Shown: one piece after another, positions 16,721 through 25,941 of the stretch
Layout: every line of letters starts with the position of its first letter
Numbering within the stretch: the first letter of the stretch is position 1
Assembly (NCBI GenBank): GCA_001029635.1
Contig: CP011209.1
Location: forward strand, 618,435-682,434
DNA from: Candidatus Wolfebacteria bacterium GW2011_GWB1_47_1
Lineage (GTDB): Bacteria > Patescibacteriota > Minisyncoccia > UBA6257 > UBA9933
DNA length: 64,000 nucleotides
Direction of reading: 5' to 3'
The notes under the pieces: model-generated
Databases searched by the model: none
What the model saw: only the letters and a program-made list of their open reading frames with translations
What the model was told of the DNA's origin: nothing
Translations under genes and position numbers: made by a program

Positions 16721-16752
16721 AATGCCTCGCCGATACGGCGAGGCATTTTTTG
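16721..16752 (+). terminator. intrinsic terminator of the mini-ORF operon (aatgcctcgcc-gatac-ggcgaggcatt + tttttg)
   Basis: 11-bp stem and T-run. Confidence 0.75.
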
Positions 16753-16756
16753 TTGG

Positions 16757-17215
16757 CTATTTTTCTGGATTGAGTGTGACGGTTATCGTGCCGTTGATAC
16801 TGTGACCAAAGCTTATTTTTATTGCATGTGCGCCAAGTGTTTTGATCTGTTTTTCAAGATCTACTTTAATCACCGCATGCGCTTTTGCCAGAGGAGAAAG
16901 CTTCGCCTTGACCGCTTCCTCGATCTCGTGCTTGGTTACCGAGCCGAATACTTCCCCATTCTTTCCTACCTTTGTGATAAAGATGAATGCGTCATCGGCC
17001 AGTGTCTTTGCCAATGCATGCAACTCTGCTTCCAGTGTCTGTTGTTGTTTTGCCTTGCTTTCCTTCTGTACTTGCAAGATATGTGTTTCATGTCCTGTGG
17101 CAATCTTAACCAGCCCCTTTGGAATGAGCATATTTTTTGCGTGACCGTCGGAGACGTTTTTTACTTCTCCCTTTTTTCCTATACCCTTAATATCCTGCAA
17201 TAATATTACCTTCAT
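16757..17215 (-). CDS. rplI: 50S ribosomal protein L9
   Basis: [35 protein letters not shown]. Confidence 0.9.
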   Translation of the reverse strand: MKVILLQDIKGIGKKGEVKNVSDGHAKNMLIPKGLVKIATGHETHILQVQKESKAKQQQTLEAELHALAKTLADDAFIFITKVGKNGEVFGSVTKHEIEEAVKAKLSPLAKAHAVIKVDLEKQIKTLGAHAIKISFGHSINGTITVTLNPEK

Positions 17216-17300
17216 AAAATTTTACGGAACTGGATTTCCGCCTTCCTGCTTTCGCATGAAGCTATAGCAAGGCAATGCGCGGGAATAGCAATTCTTATGC

Positions 17301-18557
17301 TTATTTCAATTCTGCATTAAGTGTTTCGACTGCCTTTGTGAGTTGTGGATCTCTTTCGTTCTTGAGATCTTCTTCAGTTAGACTTACTTCTACGTCGGGT
17401 GTAATGCCGTTCTTGTCGATGATCGTGCCATTAGGCGTGAGCCAATGGGCGATCGTGATTTTTACCAGTGCATTAGCTTTGAGTGGGATTAATTCCTGCA
17501 CGCTCCCCTTTCCAAAGCTTTTCTTTCCAACGAGCTTGGTGCCGTTGTTGTCCTTGAGCGCTCCCGCAAGGATTTCTGATGCGGAAGCCGATCCTTCGTT
17601 GATCAGAACCACCGTCGGAACGTCCTTGAATATCGGCATACCTTGTGCCTTGAATTCAGTGTGACCGTTGTCTTCGGATCGGAATTTTTCCGTTACTACA
17701 ACACTTCCACGCTCCATAAACCATCCTGCGATATTGACCGATGCATCGAGATAGCCTCCTGGATTATTACGCAAATCAAGAATGACTCCTTGTGGATCCT
17801 TTTCCACTGCTTCTACGAGCGCCTGATAGAATAGCAACGGAGCCTTTTCGTAAAAATTATAAAGCTGAATGTATAAGATCTTCCCATTAGTGTCTTCCTT
17901 CCCTGCGTCATTGAGCATCTTCCAATCAAGCGTTGGGATTTGGATCACGTCGCGCGTGATCTCGATATCCTTTGTATCGGGCCAACCTTCACGGAAGATT
18001 GACAGGGTCACCTTTGTTCCTTTTAGTCCGCGGATCTTCTTTACTGCGTTTTCGGTCGACAATCCTTCAGTACTCGAGTTGTCTATTTTTATGATCGCAT
18101 CACCCGGCTTGAGTCCTGCGCGATCGGCCGGCGTATTCTTGAGCGGAGCGACGACTACCAGCTGTTCGTTGCGGATTCCTATTTCCGCGCCGATGCCGCC
18201 GAATTCCCCGCTGATTTCTTGCGTAAAATCATCAGCTTCTTTTGGTGGCATGAATACGGAATACGGATCACCCGTGGCGGCGAGCATACCTGAGATCGCA
18301 CCATAGACCATTTCTTGGTCGGTTACCTGTTCGGCATTCACATACTTTTCTTGCAGCACTTTCCATACATCCCAAAAGAGGCTGAAGTCAACCTTTTCTT
18401 CGTTTCCTTCCTCAAGATTTACCACTCCCTTTACGAGCGTGACACTCGGCTCCTCGACGCCTGCCCGGTAGCCATAATAGAATGAACCACCTCCTATAAG
18501 GGCTATGCCTATTACGATACTTCCCGCTAATGCGAGCCTTTTCACCAAAATTTTCAT
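17301..18557 (-). CDS. ctpA: carboxyl-terminal processing protease (S41, PDZ-containing)
   Basis: PDZ domain (GLKPGDAIIKID) and S41 catalytic region (GSASASEILAGAL). Confidence 0.8.
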   Translation of the reverse strand: MKILVKRLALAGSIVIGIALIGGGSFYYGYRAGVEEPSVTLVKGVVNLEEGNEEKVDFSLFWDVWKVLQEKYVNAEQVTDQEMVYGAISGMLAATGDPYSVFMPPKEADDFTQEISGEFGGIGAEIGIRNEQLVVVAPLKNTPADRAGLKPGDAIIKIDNSSTEGLSTENAVKKIRGLKGTKVTLSIFREGWPDTKDIEITRDVIQIPTLDWKMLNDAGKEDTNGKILYIQLYNFYEKAPLLFYQALVEAVEKDPQGVILDLRNNPGGYLDASVNIAGWFMERGSVVVTEKFRSEDNGHTEFKAQGMPIFKDVPTVVLINEGSASASEILAGALKDNNGTKLVGKKSFGKGSVQELIPLKANALVKITIAHWLTPNGTIIDKNGITPDVEVSLTEEDLKNERDPQLTKAVETLNAELK

Positions 18558-18627
18558 TGCTCAATTGTATCAAATGAAGGGCTTAAAGTCTATTAGAAAA
18601 AGCGTGGAAAAGAGGAATAGTATAAAA

Positions 18628-18653
18628 ATAGCACCTTACTATTGGGTGCTATT
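18628..18653 (-). terminator. intrinsic terminator of thpR (atagcacc...ggtgctat + T-run on minus)
   Basis: seen in sequence. Confidence 0.6.
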
Positions 18654-18674
18654 TTAATGAATATATCGAAGATA

Positions 18675-19253
18675 TTATTCATGTAGTAACGGTATTGATC
18701 GCACGATCGAATACTTTGCTCCTGTGCTTTCGAGGTGCGTTTCCATGATGTCGATCCGTGCGACTGGAATTGGTATTGTGTGCGCAAGCGCTATAGCGTG
18801 ATCTGCTATCTTTCGCCCCTCCGGGAGTCGGGCGAGTGTGATATGGCCGTTAAAGTTCGCAAACTGTTCTCCCTGTGGGTGAATTGCGTGATTCGCGAGC
18901 TCTTGCAGAACCCCCTTTTTGAATGTTCCTAGTACTGTATTTGATTCTGCCAATAGCGTCGCCCAGATCATGCGCGGGGGTCTGTGCGGTGGCGCTGTGG
19001 TTAGCATCTTGATTGCCAACTGCGGAATTGTTATCTGTCGTGCTACATCTGTTATGATGCGCTCGATCACATCGATTGAATGTTCCTCCTGCTCTCCCAA
19101 ATAAAGCACGGTAATGTGCCAATCTTGACTAGGCGTCATTCGCGCGTTTGCATACAGGTCTGGATATGTCGCACTATCCGCCTGCAGTAATTGGCGTACG
19201 GCCTCGATTGCTTCGGGGGGTATATTGATGGCAATAAAAAGGCTTTTTTTCAT
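18675..19253 (-). CDS. thpR: RNA 2',3'-cyclic phosphodiesterase / 2'-5' RNA ligase family (2H phosphoesterase)
   Basis: two H-x-T-x motifs: WHITVLYLG and NGHITLARL. Confidence 0.8.
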   Translation of the reverse strand: MKKSLFIAINIPPEAIEAVRQLLQADSATYPDLYANARMTPSQDWHITVLYLGEQEEHSIDVIERIITDVARQITIPQLAIKMLTTAPPHRPPRMIWATLLAESNTVLGTFKKGVLQELANHAIHPQGEQFANFNGHITLARLPEGRKIADHAIALAHTIPIPVARIDIMETHLESTGAKYSIVRSIPLLHE

Positions 19254-19293
19254 ATGCCTTAGTATATCAGAGTTATTTGTATTTGCATTCCGA

Positions 19294-19500
19294 TCATTCC
19301 CGTTTAGTGTTCTTTACTAATCGCACGATAAAACAGAACCCTGTGATCGAAGAAATAATAAGAGCGACTCCGATGATACCTGCGGTGAGTGAGACCGAAA
19401 AGCCTCCTTCGTACTTCCATGCAAAAAATACCAGCACCAAGCCGACAATTGCGCGAATAGCCCGATTGACAGCCCCAATATTTTTGATGTCATTGCACAT
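19294..19500 (-). CDS. DUF2892/YgaP-like small membrane protein
   Basis: NIGAVNRAIRAIVGLVLV motif; start trimmed to the first ATG, avoiding the overlap with the upstream gene. Confidence 0.45.
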   Translation of the reverse strand: MCNDIKNIGAVNRAIRAIVGLVLVFFAWKYEGGFSVSLTAGIIGVALIISSITGFCFIVRLVKNTKRE

Positions 19501-19531
19501 ATGTGTAAATATCTTTATGCGACCTTTCTTG

Positions 19532-20620
19532 TTACGGCTGAAGAATATCTTCCGTCCTGCCATTGATTGATACTATAACTTCTCTGATGGTCGAAAATTG
19601 TTTAAGCGTGTTTATGATCTGTGCACGGATCGCCGTTACACGGCATGAGCCGCCAACGTTCCGTTCGAGGTTTTCCGTAAAATCTATACGTGCGGTTCCA
19701 TTTTCTATTATGAGCGAATTGATCTGTACGTTCGGAGATATGTTCGTAAAATAGTCAGATTCCTTGTCTTGTTCGTTTGGGCCTTTGAGGAGTTCTTCGA
19801 TAGCCGCGCGACCAATACCTTCGGTCCACGGAATCTCCCGAGTCACCGGGAATACCTTATCGCATAGGAATGCAGGGTCAAGATTGCTGTTATTAAAGAA
19901 CACGTTTACCCTTCGTGTCTTTTGAGAAAAAACGATTGGCATCTCAAACGTCTTTTGATTCTCTTCTAGTCCGCTTGGATTGTCATTTTTAAACACAAGA
20001 AATCCTGTCGCGGTCGTTGGTTCCGTAAACTCAAGTATTGTGGTGAATGGGACCAGCGATTCCGACATCCAATCTTTTGTCGCGGTGACATAGTGTTGTC
20101 CTAACGGCTTGCGGTCTGCATCGGTAATTGTTACGGGAAACACCGCCTCGAAGTACCATAGTCCGCGCGCTAATCCTTCAATTTTGACCGGGCTGACAAC
20201 CGGGTCAATTTCTGTTGGGGCTAGTATGACAATCTCTGGTGTCATAACGATGCGCAGCTCTCCGATGATAAGCGCGTCAGTAGATACTACTTCTCCCTTT
20301 CCCTCAATAATCGAGCCTCGATAGATCTGGGTTGTGTCAATAGTCTCCCCTTTTTCATTCGCGATGCGCGTTTCCGGTACGATCGCCAATTGAATCGTTT
20401 TGCCGTCATCGTTTTGCACCGTGATCATCTGCGCATTTTGCATGACATCTGTAACCGTTCCTCGGATGGTCTTATTCATGCGAATCGTGGCGGTTAGTTC
20501 GTCTCCACGTTGCTGCTCGCTCCACGGTGGAGTAACCATCCTCCATACATATACCAAGCCCATTATGATCAAGATGCCGGCAATTGTTGTTGTGGTAAAA
20601 AAGAAAGCTCGTGATCTCAT
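19532..20620 (-). CDS. membrane-anchored GerMN-domain protein
   Basis: N-terminal TM; C-terminal GerMN-like region IEELLKGPNE... Confidence 0.5.
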   Translation of the reverse strand: MRSRAFFFTTTTIAGILIIMGLVYVWRMVTPPWSEQQRGDELTATIRMNKTIRGTVTDVMQNAQMITVQNDDGKTIQLAIVPETRIANEKGETIDTTQIYRGSIIEGKGEVVSTDALIIGELRIVMTPEIVILAPTEIDPVVSPVKIEGLARGLWYFEAVFPVTITDADRKPLGQHYVTATKDWMSESLVPFTTILEFTEPTTATGFLVFKNDNPSGLEENQKTFEMPIVFSQKTRRVNVFFNNSNLDPAFLCDKVFPVTREIPWTEGIGRAAIEELLKGPNEQDKESDYFTNISPNVQINSLIIENGTARIDFTENLERNVGGSCRVTAIRAQIINTLKQFSTIREVIVSINGRTEDILQP

Positions 20621-20634
20621 ATGGTCTAAGTGTA

Positions 20635-21900
20635 TTACTTGTTCTTCGGTGGTACAAGCCGATAGATGACCCCGGCCTTATCGTCGGAGATATATGCCGT
20701 TCCATTTGGTGCGAATAGTATATCAACAGGGCGTCCGAGCGCATCGTAGTCGTCCGTGAGCCATCCGTTTATGAAATCATCCATGCCTTCATATGCGCCG
20801 TTTTCCGTCAGTTTTATACGCACAATCTTATAGCCGGTCGGCGTGCTGCGATTCCAGGATCCATGGTATGCGACTAGTAGATCATTGTGATATTCGGTAG
20901 GCCAGCTATCCGGGATGAATGCGAGTCCAAGTGGTGCGGAATGTGCCGGGATATCTATGTAGCTTGGCGTCTCGAATGGTTCCATGCACGGATTGCGGAA
21001 GTAGGTATTCTTATCGAACTCCGTATCATGAATGTTCTTCCCGTAGCAGATGGGCCACCCGTAATTCCCCCCTTTCTTGATGATATTTAGTTCGTCGGGT
21101 GGTGTGCCGTCCCCTAACATATCCCGGCCCATTTCTGTTGCCCAAATGTCCCTGGTATAGGGGTGGAAAGCCATAAAAACGCTATTACGGAGCCCTGTGG
21201 CGAACGTTTGCATCTTTCCTGTGTCTATAGCTATTTCGAGTATCTTTGCCCGATTTTGGTCCGTTTCCCGGCAGACATTACAGGACGAGCCGACCGACAC
21301 TAGGAGGTTATTTCCGTATGACAATAGGGTACGGGTGGAATGCCCGCCTCCGATCGGCAGCGGTGCGATTGCCCGCTTATCGGATGCAGTCAGCGTTTTT
21401 GGGTCGTAGGAAAATTCGCCTACCAAATCGTTTTCGGCGACATAGAGCTTGCAGTCATTCGACTGTACGCATTGTGTGACAATACCGTGAGGACTGTTCA
21501 ATCCGCCTATAACTGTTTTCGTCTCGTCACTCTTTCCGTCGTTATTTTTGTCGATGAGCGCGACCACCTTCCCTTGCGCGGGAATGCTTGCAAGTAGGAT
21601 TCCATTCGGGTCAAAAGTCAGTACGCGGGGATCGACGAGATCCTTCGCAAAGATGGAAAGTGAAAATCCCCGCGGCATGCGTAATGGACCCTGCTGCACT
21701 CGCCGTTCGGGTTCTGCTGATTCTTTTTGTTCTTCTATTGGCGCGGGAGAACTCTCCTCGATGAGTCGGACAATATCCTGTTCGGGCTCTAATACCGCCG
21801 GCCAGATGCCGCGCAGCTGCGTCCAATAAACAGCCGTCAATCCCGCTACGATTGCGATCGCAAGTATGGCCTCTATAATGATGCGTATTTTTTGTTTCAT
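20635..21900 (-). CDS. PQQ-dependent soluble sugar (glucose/sorbosone) dehydrogenase family protein with N-terminal TM anchor
   Basis: SGDH-family conserved blocks; start at the ATG that overlaps the sodA stop (ATGA). Confidence 0.65.
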   Translation of the reverse strand: MKQKIRIIIEAILAIAIVAGLTAVYWTQLRGIWPAVLEPEQDIVRLIEESSPAPIEEQKESAEPERRVQQGPLRMPRGFSLSIFAKDLVDPRVLTFDPNGILLASIPAQGKVVALIDKNNDGKSDETKTVIGGLNSPHGIVTQCVQSNDCKLYVAENDLVGEFSYDPKTLTASDKRAIAPLPIGGGHSTRTLLSYGNNLLVSVGSSCNVCRETDQNRAKILEIAIDTGKMQTFATGLRNSVFMAFHPYTRDIWATEMGRDMLGDGTPPDELNIIKKGGNYGWPICYGKNIHDTEFDKNTYFRNPCMEPFETPSYIDIPAHSAPLGLAFIPDSWPTEYHNDLLVAYHGSWNRSTPTGYKIVRIKLTENGAYEGMDDFINGWLTDDYDALGRPVDILFAPNGTAYISDDKAGVIYRLVPPKNK

Positions 21901-22508
21901 CCGAGTGCGTTGTATCTTTCTTCTACCGCCTTCCAATCGAGCACGTTCCACCAGTTTTCGATGTATTCGGGGCGACGATTCTGGTAGTGCAGATAATACG
22001 CATGCTCCCAAATATCAATAACCATAAGTGGCGCATCTCCTGTCATTAGCGGATTGTCGTGGCCGGTGGTCGAAACGATCTTGAGCTTTTTATTTGCGTC
22101 GGCCGCTAACCACACCCAGCCACTCCCAAAAATATTTGCGGCCGCCTTTGAAAATTGCTCCTTGAACGCAATAATGCTCCCAAATGTTTCTACGAGCGCA
22201 TTGCCGAGTTCTTCAGGAATATATTCTTGTGTCGCCGGATTCATAATGTTCCAATACAGCGTGTGACTAAAGTGTCCACCCGCGTTGTTGCGCACGGTCG
22301 TGCGGATCTCTTCGGGAAGCTCGTTGAGTGACTTGATCAATTCCTCGACCGTCTTATCTTGCAGGTCGGGATATTTTTCAAGCGCGGCGTTGAGCTTGTC
22401 GACGTACGATTGATGATGTTTTGTGTGATGGATCTCGAGCGTCTTCGCGTCGATGAACGGCTCGAGCGCATTATATGCGTATGGAAGCGGAGGAAGTTCG
22501 TGTTTCAT
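21897..22508 (-). CDS. sodA: Fe/Mn superoxide dismutase
   Basis: MKHELPPLPYAYNALEPFIDAKTLEIHHTKHHQSYV. Confidence 0.9.
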   Translation of the reverse strand: MKHELPPLPYAYNALEPFIDAKTLEIHHTKHHQSYVDKLNAALEKYPDLQDKTVEELIKSLNELPEEIRTTVRNNAGGHFSHTLYWNIMNPATQEYIPEELGNALVETFGSIIAFKEQFSKAAANIFGSGWVWLAADANKKLKIVSTTGHDNPLMTGDAPLMVIDIWEHAYYLHYQNRRPEYIENWWNVLDWKAVEERYNALG

Positions 22509-22632
22509 ATTGACAGTGTTATTATGTTAACGAGTTAACGGGTTGCGCGTTAGGCATCCCACCGAATCGACTACTCTAATTATATACTTCCGTGGAAAAT
22601 TTAACACTGCGATCGATCACCGTAAAACAAAA

Positions 22633-22652
22633 AACGCCCCGGGAGGGGCGTT
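22633..22652 (-). terminator. terminator module aacgcccc-ggga-ggggcgtt (family copy 1)
   Basis: T-run on minus strand; downstream of the 22669..23022 gene. Confidence 0.65.
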
Positions 22653-22668
22653 GCGGATTTGCGACAAC

Positions 22669-23022
22669 TTACGGAAGATGGCCACTGCGATCAGGAGGGA
22701 TATAGTTCATGTATATGATCTGGATGCTGTAGCGGTACATGCCAGGATACTTGCTGATGATATCCAGGATCGGTGCAAGCGTAGCCGCGTCTTTGCATGT
22801 GTGATAGATGCGTACGTACGGAGTACCCGTGAACCTTTCCTGGACCCTTCCGCCGATGTACACTTCCTTGTCGTCGGTGATCGCTGTTACGATAAGGTCG
22901 ATGTCGGGGAATGCTTCCCGAAAATAGAGGGTAATTTTTTGATCGGTATTTTGTAGGTCCCATAACGCTTGCCCTCTGCCAATGCCATGGAATTCGATCT
23001 GAACTGTTATCCTTGAATTCAT
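22669..23022 (-). CDS. hypothetical protein (117 aa), no family recognised
   Basis: ORF with its own terminator; the overlapping R-rich frame 22691..23197 was rejected. Confidence 0.45.
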   Translation of the reverse strand: MNSRITVQIEFHGIGRGQALWDLQNTDQKITLYFREAFPDIDLIVTAITDDKEVYIGGRVQERFTGTPYVRIYHTCKDAATLAPILDIISKYPGMYRYSIQIIYMNYIPPDRSGHLP

Positions 23023-23098
23023 CTAGTCTCCTCCACTCTCTATGTGATGATATACTAGGTCTAGTGTGTCTTATTATTCCGGGTTTGTCAAAACAAAA

Positions 23099-23118
23099 AA
23101 CGCCCCGGGAGGGGCGTT
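23099..23118 (-). terminator. terminator module aacgccccgggaggggcgtt (family copy 2, identical stem-loop)
   Basis: seen in sequence. Confidence 0.65.
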
Positions 23119-23132
23119 GCTGCGACGAAGGG

Positions 23133-23480
23133 TTAGTTAGTCGGGAGAGTCGCGAGCGTCTTAAGGAAAGAGCGATAGCTGTCAATCTGAACCCCATCTG
23201 TCAATTGCAGATCGAATGTTCCTTTAAGTGGTTCCAGTGCCTCAGCGACAGAAAGCATTGCGGGGTTGTCCATTTCTCCGACGATGCGAATAATCGGCTT
23301 TGCCCGCTTAAGAGCTGAATGTAGCGAAATACGCCTGTTGTTTTCTGACACGATAATACAACACTGATCCCTGGCCTCCTGAGAAATACCTCCGAGTGCT
23401 TTTTTGATATCACCTAGCGTTGCACCTGTCATCTTTTGATCAGCGAAATCACCGATGCCATCTATAAAGATATTAATCAT
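23133..23480 (-). CDS. hypothetical protein (115 aa)
   Basis: ORF with its own terminator. Confidence 0.45.
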   Translation of the reverse strand: MINIFIDGIGDFADQKMTGATLGDIKKALGGISQEARDQCCIIVSENNRRISLHSALKRAKPIIRIVGEMDNPAMLSVAEALEPLKGTFDLQLTDGVQIDSYRSFLKTLATLPTN

Positions 23481-23566
23481 ACTACATCTCTCCTTTCTGT
23501 GGCTTGCTATGAACTAAAAGTACCTTAATTCTAAATATTTTTCCTGTCAATTTATTTGGTTAAAAA

Positions 23567-23586
23567 AACGCCCCAGGTGGGGCGTT
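23567..23586 (-). terminator. terminator module aacgcccc-aggt-ggggcgtt (family copy 3)
   Basis: seen in sequence. Confidence 0.6.
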
Positions 23587-23600
23587 GGATGCGTGTCTTG

Positions 23601-23957
23601 CTAAAGTTCATCCAGATAACTTTGCCGCACTACTGCGGGCGGGTTTGACGGATTGTACCACTCCCCCTTTTTTGCCTTGGGCGGAATGTAAGACGGCATA
23701 GGGATGATATTGATGCCGTATCCTGCTGCCCGGGTGTGTTGCTCCCGTGTGCGGATCAATGTGACGATCACGGTAACATCTTCTTCCGGTTCTACCCCGA
23801 TGCGGATGATAGAGGCCGGAGCATCGCTAACCACCCGAAACATGCAGTCTTTTGTGTTAATACCGTACGTTTCGATTGCTAGCCGCATTTGTCCGAGACT
23901 TTCTTCTGCCCATTGCCGTTGGTCCGGGGATTCTATCTGTAGTTCGAAAAAGACCAT
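23601..23957 (-). CDS. hypothetical protein (118 aa)
   Basis: ORF with its own terminator. Confidence 0.45.
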   Translation of the reverse strand: MVFFELQIESPDQRQWAEESLGQMRLAIETYGINTKDCMFRVVSDAPASIIRIGVEPEEDVTVIVTLIRTREQHTRAAGYGINIIPMPSYIPPKAKKGEWYNPSNPPAVVRQSYLDEL

Positions 23958-24146
23958 AGGTCCTCCTTTTTCATGAGCTGATGATCTAGAAGTACCCTAT
24001 GGCAAATTGCTTGGCGTGTCAATTTGATTGCAAAAAGGCCCACATCGTACTGGCCTTTGGGTAGATTATAGGAGGAAGTCTTTGCTGGAATTTTCTGCGT
24101 TTCTGATATACGCCAAAACAAAAAAACGTTATGGATGTTGTTACGA

Positions 24147-24770
24147 TTATAGCGAGACTATTTTGAATGTATTGTTCTCCAGCCATACCGCCTGAGTGTC
24201 CTGGATAAAAAGAAGTGGGTCGGTATTGATTGGGAGCTTTTCGACGACTTTGCCAAATTCGTTTACGAACTCCGGATTGTTGGAGTGTGGCATGATGCTG
24301 AAGTTTATGATTCCTAACCCCTTTTGATCAGGTACATCAGCGAGGAATGGCTTTTCCTCTTCGTCGAATGCGAACATTGCGAGTGAGGGCCCCATGATCA
24401 TCGCTCCCGCGCTGGTGCCGGTATAGATGATGGAATCGTTTTTGATCGTATCAACAATAGTCGATTCAAGCCCTCTCTTTCTGATCAGCCCGACGAGATA
24501 AAAAACAGCTCCACCTGCAATGTGTAGTATATCTGCGTCCGCGAGCGTTTGCTCGAGTTCTTCTGCGGTGATGGTGCGTAGGTCGATATCCGTCGTTTCG
24601 TATCCGAGCTCCTTAAATTTTATTCGATCGTTATCTACCCACCATGGGTGTTCTTGCGCATTATCTGATGCGTTTGCAATAAAGGCAACTTTTGTTGCGG
24701 GTTTATTTTTTAATAGCGGTCTTAGGAGTGGGAGGGTTTTGTCGAGTGATGAGGCGAGGAAGAGATACAT
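24147..24770 (-). CDS. S51-family peptidase (dipeptidase E / cyanophycinase-like)
   Basis: IYTGTSAGAMIMG nucleophile region; class-I glutamine-amidotransferase-like fold. Confidence 0.7.
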   Translation of the reverse strand: MYLFLASSLDKTLPLLRPLLKNKPATKVAFIANASDNAQEHPWWVDNDRIKFKELGYETTDIDLRTITAEELEQTLADADILHIAGGAVFYLVGLIRKRGLESTIVDTIKNDSIIYTGTSAGAMIMGPSLAMFAFDEEEKPFLADVPDQKGLGIINFSIMPHSNNPEFVNEFGKVVEKLPINTDPLLFIQDTQAVWLENNTFKIVSL

Positions 24771-24782
24771 TATCTATTGTAT

Positions 24783-25397
24783 TTATTTAACTTTAGCTCC
24801 CGATTCAATCTTCTTTTCTGGGGTCAATAAGACCGGGTTTTCTGCGCCACCTGCGGCGAGGAGCATGCCATGGCTTTCAACACCCATGAGGGCTCGTGGG
24901 GCCAGGTTTGCTACTATGATGATCTCTTTGCCGATGAGTTCGTCCGGTCTGTATGCCTTGCCGATACCCGCAACGATCTGGCGACTTTCTTCGCCGAGTT
25001 CGAGTTGGAGCTTAATGAGCTTCTCTGACTTTTCTACGCGTATAGCCTCCTTAATCTTGGCTACCTTCAATTCCACCTTTGCAAAATCATCGTAGGTGAT
25101 TTCGCCATCCTTAGTAGCGGTTTCTACAGTCAATTTTTCTTTTGTCGGTTCTTGTTCCTTTACCGCTTCCTTATGAACAGCCGATTTTGGCTTGCGCTTA
25201 GTATATAGGTAATAGACTTCGAGAATACCGACGGCATTAATCAACAACAATGCGATAAACCAACCCCTTTCTTTGCGTTCAAATGCGCGGAGCAGCGCGG
25301 CTCCTTTGATGATGAATGACCACGCGAGTAGGATAAGAAACGTGAGCGGATACTGAATAATGAGTGAGAGCAAGAAGAATTGAATTTCGGTTGACAT
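24783..25397 (-). CDS. membrane-anchored tRNA-binding-domain protein (CsaA/Trbp111/EMAP-like OB fold)
   Basis: two N-terminal TM helices; C-terminal KVELKVAKI...GKEIIIVANLAPRALMGVESHGMLLAA. Confidence 0.6.
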   Translation of the reverse strand: MSTEIQFFLLSLIIQYPLTFLILLAWSFIIKGAALLRAFERKERGWFIALLLINAVGILEVYYLYTKRKPKSAVHKEAVKEQEPTKEKLTVETATKDGEITYDDFAKVELKVAKIKEAIRVEKSEKLIKLQLELGEESRQIVAGIGKAYRPDELIGKEIIIVANLAPRALMGVESHGMLLAAGGAENPVLLTPEKKIESGAKVK

Positions 25398-25474
25398 ATG
25401 CTTGAATTTGTTAGTATTGCGTTATGCATTAGTATAGCGGGTTTTGGGTATGTTTGAAAAGTATCCCTTATCAA

Positions 25475-25499
25475 AAAGGGCACGTCGTGCGTGCCCTTT
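25475..25499 (-). terminator. intrinsic terminator (gggcacg-tcgtg-cgtgccc)
   Basis: A/T runs flanking. Confidence 0.6.
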
Positions 25500-25504
25500 G
25501 CGCC

Positions 25505-25831
25505 TTACTTGCCTTTTGCGGCGACGAGCTCTTTGAGGCGTTTTTTCGCCTCTCTGAGTTTTTTGGATGATTTCTTGGCCGGGATGCCGTATTTTTTGAT
25601 TGGCCTGTCCCCTGCCTGCTCGTAGAACTCGATCTTGATGCGTGAGTCGCCGTTGTTTTTTAGCCGCGTGATGAACTCGTGTGCGACGTAGTATCCCTTC
25701 TTTTCCTTACTTTGAAATGGGAAGGTTACCTCGTTGCCGCTTGCTGCACAGGTCTCCGCTAGCGCAGCGACGATGGTTTCGTTTGAAAAATGGTTTCGTG
25801 GAACGACGATGTACTTATACTTTGGCGGCAT
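25505..25831 (-). CDS. hypothetical protein with lysine-rich histone-H1-like C-terminal tail (108 aa)
   Basis: ...AKKSSKKLREAKKRLKELVAAKGK. Confidence 0.45.
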   Translation of the reverse strand: MPPKYKYIVVPRNHFSNETIVAALAETCAASGNEVTFPFQSKEKKGYYVAHEFITRLKNNGDSRIKIEFYEQAGDRPIKKYGIPAKKSSKKLREAKKRLKELVAAKGK

Positions 25832-25902
25832 ACACTCCCCCTCTTTTCCTCAGTGATATGAACTAAACGTAGCGTCGCATGTATCGATGGTTCTGTCAAA
25901 AA

Positions 25903-25924
25903 AGCCCCCGATTGCTCGGGGGCT
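25903..25924 (-). terminator. terminator module agcccccg-attgct-cgggggct + cttgactg (family B copy 1)
   Basis: identical over more than 30 nt to the copy at 26472. Confidence 0.65.
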
Positions 25925-25941
25925 TGACTGACTTTCTGGCT

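Noticed and set aside
22691-23197. 168-aa minus-strand ORF spanning two genes and a terminator
   Set aside because: The Arg-rich, low-complexity translation overlaps two better ORFs and an intrinsic terminator. It is likely a non-coding frame.
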